From NCBI GenBank assembly GCA_951406725.2, contig OX597817.1:114700001-114764000 (forward strand): a DNA stretch of 64,000 bases, read 5' to 3'. The notes under the pieces are model-generated. The model searched no databases, was not told where the DNA came from, and saw nothing but the letters and a program-made list of their open reading frames with translations. The translations under genes and the position numbers were made by a program. Of the stretch, positions 61,303-64,000 are shown piece by piece. The stretch is from Octopus vulgaris (taxonomy: Eukaryota). Position 1 is the stretch's first letter, and each line of letters opens with the position of its first letter.

Positions 61303-61748
61303 TTATAAATAAGGATAAGATCGATATTTAAATATCGATCTTATCAAGTGGCCAGCATGGGAATAAAAACCTTTCAAAGGTAACAATTATTTAAAATTAA
61401 AATTTAGGGTATCTGAGAGATACCACCGCGCTGAAAATAGCAGTCAAGACCTAACTCTAAAGCCACATTAAATGTTCATATAGCACCAGGAGAGAAGACA
61501 AAAAGACAAAATAAACTAGCAAAAAATTTATATATTTATGTACTATCTGAGTATATTCCACTGACAAAGGCGGAGCATCTCTTATGCAAAGCCAGAAGTC
61601 CAGGATCTGGAATTATCCAGTAATTTTTTGCTAGTTTATTTTGTCTTTTTGTCTTCTCTCCTGGTGCTATATGAGCATTTAATTTGGCTTTAGAGTCAGG
61701 TTTTGACTATTTTCAGCGTGGTGGTATCTCTCAGAACCCTAAATTATA

Positions 61749-61752
<4 letters not shown>
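61297..61752 (+). mobile_element. Fold-back, hammerhead-bearing element in (TA)n (Penelope/retrozyme-like)
   Basis: Inverted arms about 61398-61528 and 61622-61750 around a spacer holding the core; perfect palindrome at 61314-61345; (TA)n on both flanks. Confidence 0.7.
61555..61613 (+). ncRNA. Degenerate hammerhead ribozyme-like motif
   Basis: ATTCCA-CTGACAA-A-GGC GGA GCAT CTCTT ATGC AAA GCC-A-GAAG-TCC A GGA-TC-TGGAAT. Perfect 6-bp stem I, paired stems II and III, two core substitutions. Confidence 0.55.
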
Positions 61753-61779
<27 letters not shown>

Positions 61780-61970
61780 CCCGTATGCACCGTTGGCAAT
61801 TTTTTTTCCTCTGTCTTCCCTTCTCTGGATCTTTTCTTCTCCTATGTTTCCGACGAAGAGCTCCGCTCGAAACGTTAAACCCTCCTTCTTTCCTGATCGT
61901 CCAATAATACTATATTTGTTCCACATCCTCGCGTTGTTGTGTTTTTTTGTGCTTTCTTGTTTGGATTAAC
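61780..61970 (+). mobile_element. Short hammerhead-bearing element
   Basis: CpG-rich block after (TA)n containing the motif at 61846-61880; a decayed relative lies at 33048-33245. Confidence 0.65.
61846..61880 (+). ncRNA. Minimal hammerhead ribozyme (Penelope type, CCGACGA core variant)
   Basis: GTTT-CCGACGA-A-GAGC TCC GCTC-GAAA-CG-TT-AAAC. Perfect stems I and II; palindromic AACGTT in place of stem III. Confidence 0.65.
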
Positions 61971-62101
61971 TACGATGAAATTACTACGATGATCCGGTTC
62001 TTGACTGAAGACTGAGGGCTTCGAATGTCCTGTCTGTGTTTGTTGTATCGTCTTCTAAGTTCTTATGCGTTCTTGTCTCAGTTTGTATTTTTCTACATAT
62101 C

Positions 62102-62138
<37 letters not shown>

Positions 62139-62609
62139 TGATGATGATGATGATGATGTATATATATGTACATCTTTTGTTATTTATGGAAATGTGCATG
62201 TACACATACATGCATGCAGGCACACATGCATGTGTGTATATGCGCACGTAGGTATGTCCAAAATGCCAAATGGTAAACCAACATCCAGTTTAGTGATTCT
62301 GACAATTGCCATGCCGTTTATGGCTTTTGTGATTTTTATCTTGGAGCCATGTCTCATCTGTTGTGTACAATTCATGCATGTTCTTCACTTCTTCATAGTT
62401 CGGCAGAAGTAAATGAGCTTGCTGTAGTTATTTTAGGCTTATTTCTATTTCTAGTGTTAATTTGTATGCCTAACACACTAACACACACACACACACTTGT
62501 AAATTCATGCACACACAGAAACACACATGTATACATGCATACACACATAAGTATACACACTCGTATATGTCTTTAGATACATACATCCTTTAAAAATTTG
62601 TGTAAACAT

Positions 62610-62661
<52 letters not shown>

Positions 62662-62699
62662 CTATGGTAAACTCATTCAAAAACATGCTCATGCACATG

Positions 62700-62740
<41 letters not shown>

Positions 62741-62974
62741 TCTTTTTCTTTCTCTCTTAGCATTGCATACATATGCCAAACACTTCTTGCATACGTTTGC
62801 GGAATCATGCACACACACACACACACACTCACACACACAAACACTGACTCATACACACACATGCGTGCATGTACACTATATCTCTTTCTCTTTCTCTCTC
62901 TCACTCACTCTTTCTTTCACCCATTCTTTCTCTCACTCTTTCTATCTCTTATATGCATACTCTGTTGGGTTGGT

Positions 62975-63130
62975 GCTTCTTAGTGGAATTGCTGGATCAA
63001 TTAGACATTGAACAGAATGCCTTGCAGTATTTACTTTGGCTTTTAACATTCTACATTCATATTCTATTAAGTACCAATTAAGTGCTGGGGTCAATGGTAA
63101 CAGTGAACCCTCTCCTCAAAATTACTGCTA
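62975..63130 (+). mobile_element. SINE family B, degenerate
   Basis: GGAATTGCTGGATCAATTAG..TTAAGTACCAATTAAGTGCTGGGGTCAATG. Confidence 0.55.
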
Positions 63131-63264
63131 ATTGTTTTTTGTTGTTGTTGTTGTTATTAATATTATTTCCTAAAAGATATCATTACTCCAAAATTAATGA
63201 AATCATGGCCTACTGGTTGGGGTGTTGCGCTCATGATAGCAAGATTATGGTCTTGATTCCCAGG

Positions 63265-63365
63265 CTGCTGCTGCTGCTGCTACTACTACTACTACTACTG
63301 CTGCTACTACTACTACTACTACTGCTGCCACTGCTACTGCTGCTGCTCCTGCTGCTGTTGCTGCC
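63265..63365. repeat. (CTG)/(CTA) trinucleotide tract
   Basis: Direct reading; source of the poly-Leu ORF. Confidence 0.95.
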
Positions 63366-63636
63366 TTTAACAACTGTACAGCTCAGGTTCACAACAGAGC
63401 ACTCCTACATGTAGGACAGTGCTACTGCTATATTTGCAAACACCCTACCTGGCTGATCGGCATGAGGTCACTCAGACATTCATTTCAATCCTGATCCACA
63501 CATCTACTGCCCTTCCTTCTGCCTTTTCTTCTGTTACTACAATGACCTCTATTCCTTAGAATTGTTTGGTGTCATGCCATCTTCACTCAGACCCTCATGA
63601 TTCACTTGTATCTCCTCTTCCAATGTCTATCTAGTT

Positions 63637-63984
63637 CAGGGGTTCTCAACCATTTTTTGCCTATGGATCCCTTTGATTACTATTTTATTCTGGTGGACCT
63701 CCATAGCCATTTGAAGTTTAAAAATTAGTTTCATAGAAATTTCTTTCAAAATTCCTATTTTATTTTTCACACATTAACTCATGTAGGTTGAACTATGTAA
63801 AATGTTAGAGAAAGAAATCTAACTGTTTCTTGCAATACATACCAATACACATATCTGAAGCAAATTTTTTCAGGAGCCCTTAAAATACTATTGTGGATTC
63901 CCAGTTTACTATTTTGTTGTGTGGACCTCTTAAAGTCTTATATGGACCCTCAGGGGCTTTATGGACTCTGGTTGAGAACCACTG
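63637..63984. mobile_element. hAT (Charlie-like) MITE, about 350 bp
   Basis: TIRs CAGGGGTTCTCAACCA and TGGTTGAGAACCACTG; same family as 41060-42082 without the nested insertions. Confidence 0.85.
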
Positions 63985-64000
63985 GGTGTAGCCTGCCCCT

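Noticed and set aside
61995-62040. CTGAAGA motif (also at 18660-18680, minus strand) as a hammerhead
   Set aside because: No GAAA box or stem I/III in either copy; it folds only as a simple hairpin.
704-63414. Dozens of ORFs rich in YI, HT, CV, poly-H, poly-S, poly-L or poly-N
   Set aside because: They are translations of (TA)n, (CA)n, (CAT)n and (AAT)n microsatellites or of SINE bodies; there are no domain motifs or splice-supported exon structure.

Overview
AT-rich, microsatellite-dense eukaryotic DNA with no recognisable host exon, so it is either intergenic or a large intron. The repeat families (tRNA-headed SINEs, RTE tails ending in (GAT)n) look like those of an octopus/coleoid cephalopod genome; that assignment is from recall, not a database search. 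Almost all ORFs in the track are microsatellite or SINE artefacts. The real coding remnants are all transposon-derived: a Helitron PIF1-helicase fragment inside an apparently end-intact non-autonomous Helitron (26894-28762), two mariner transposase relics, RTE, CR1-group, HERO and R4/Dong-type non-LTR relics, plus piggyBac-, hAT- and Harbinger-like MITEs. The most notable signal is at least seven hammerhead-ribozyme-like cores (CUGANGA..GAAA..UH, short palindromic stem III) in about six unrelated short non-coding elements. These mostly sit in (TA)n tracts and several show direct and inverted repeat architecture like Penelope pLTRs or retrozymes. Two cores read CCGA instead of CUGA. All folds were read by eye, and most copies look mutationally decayed.
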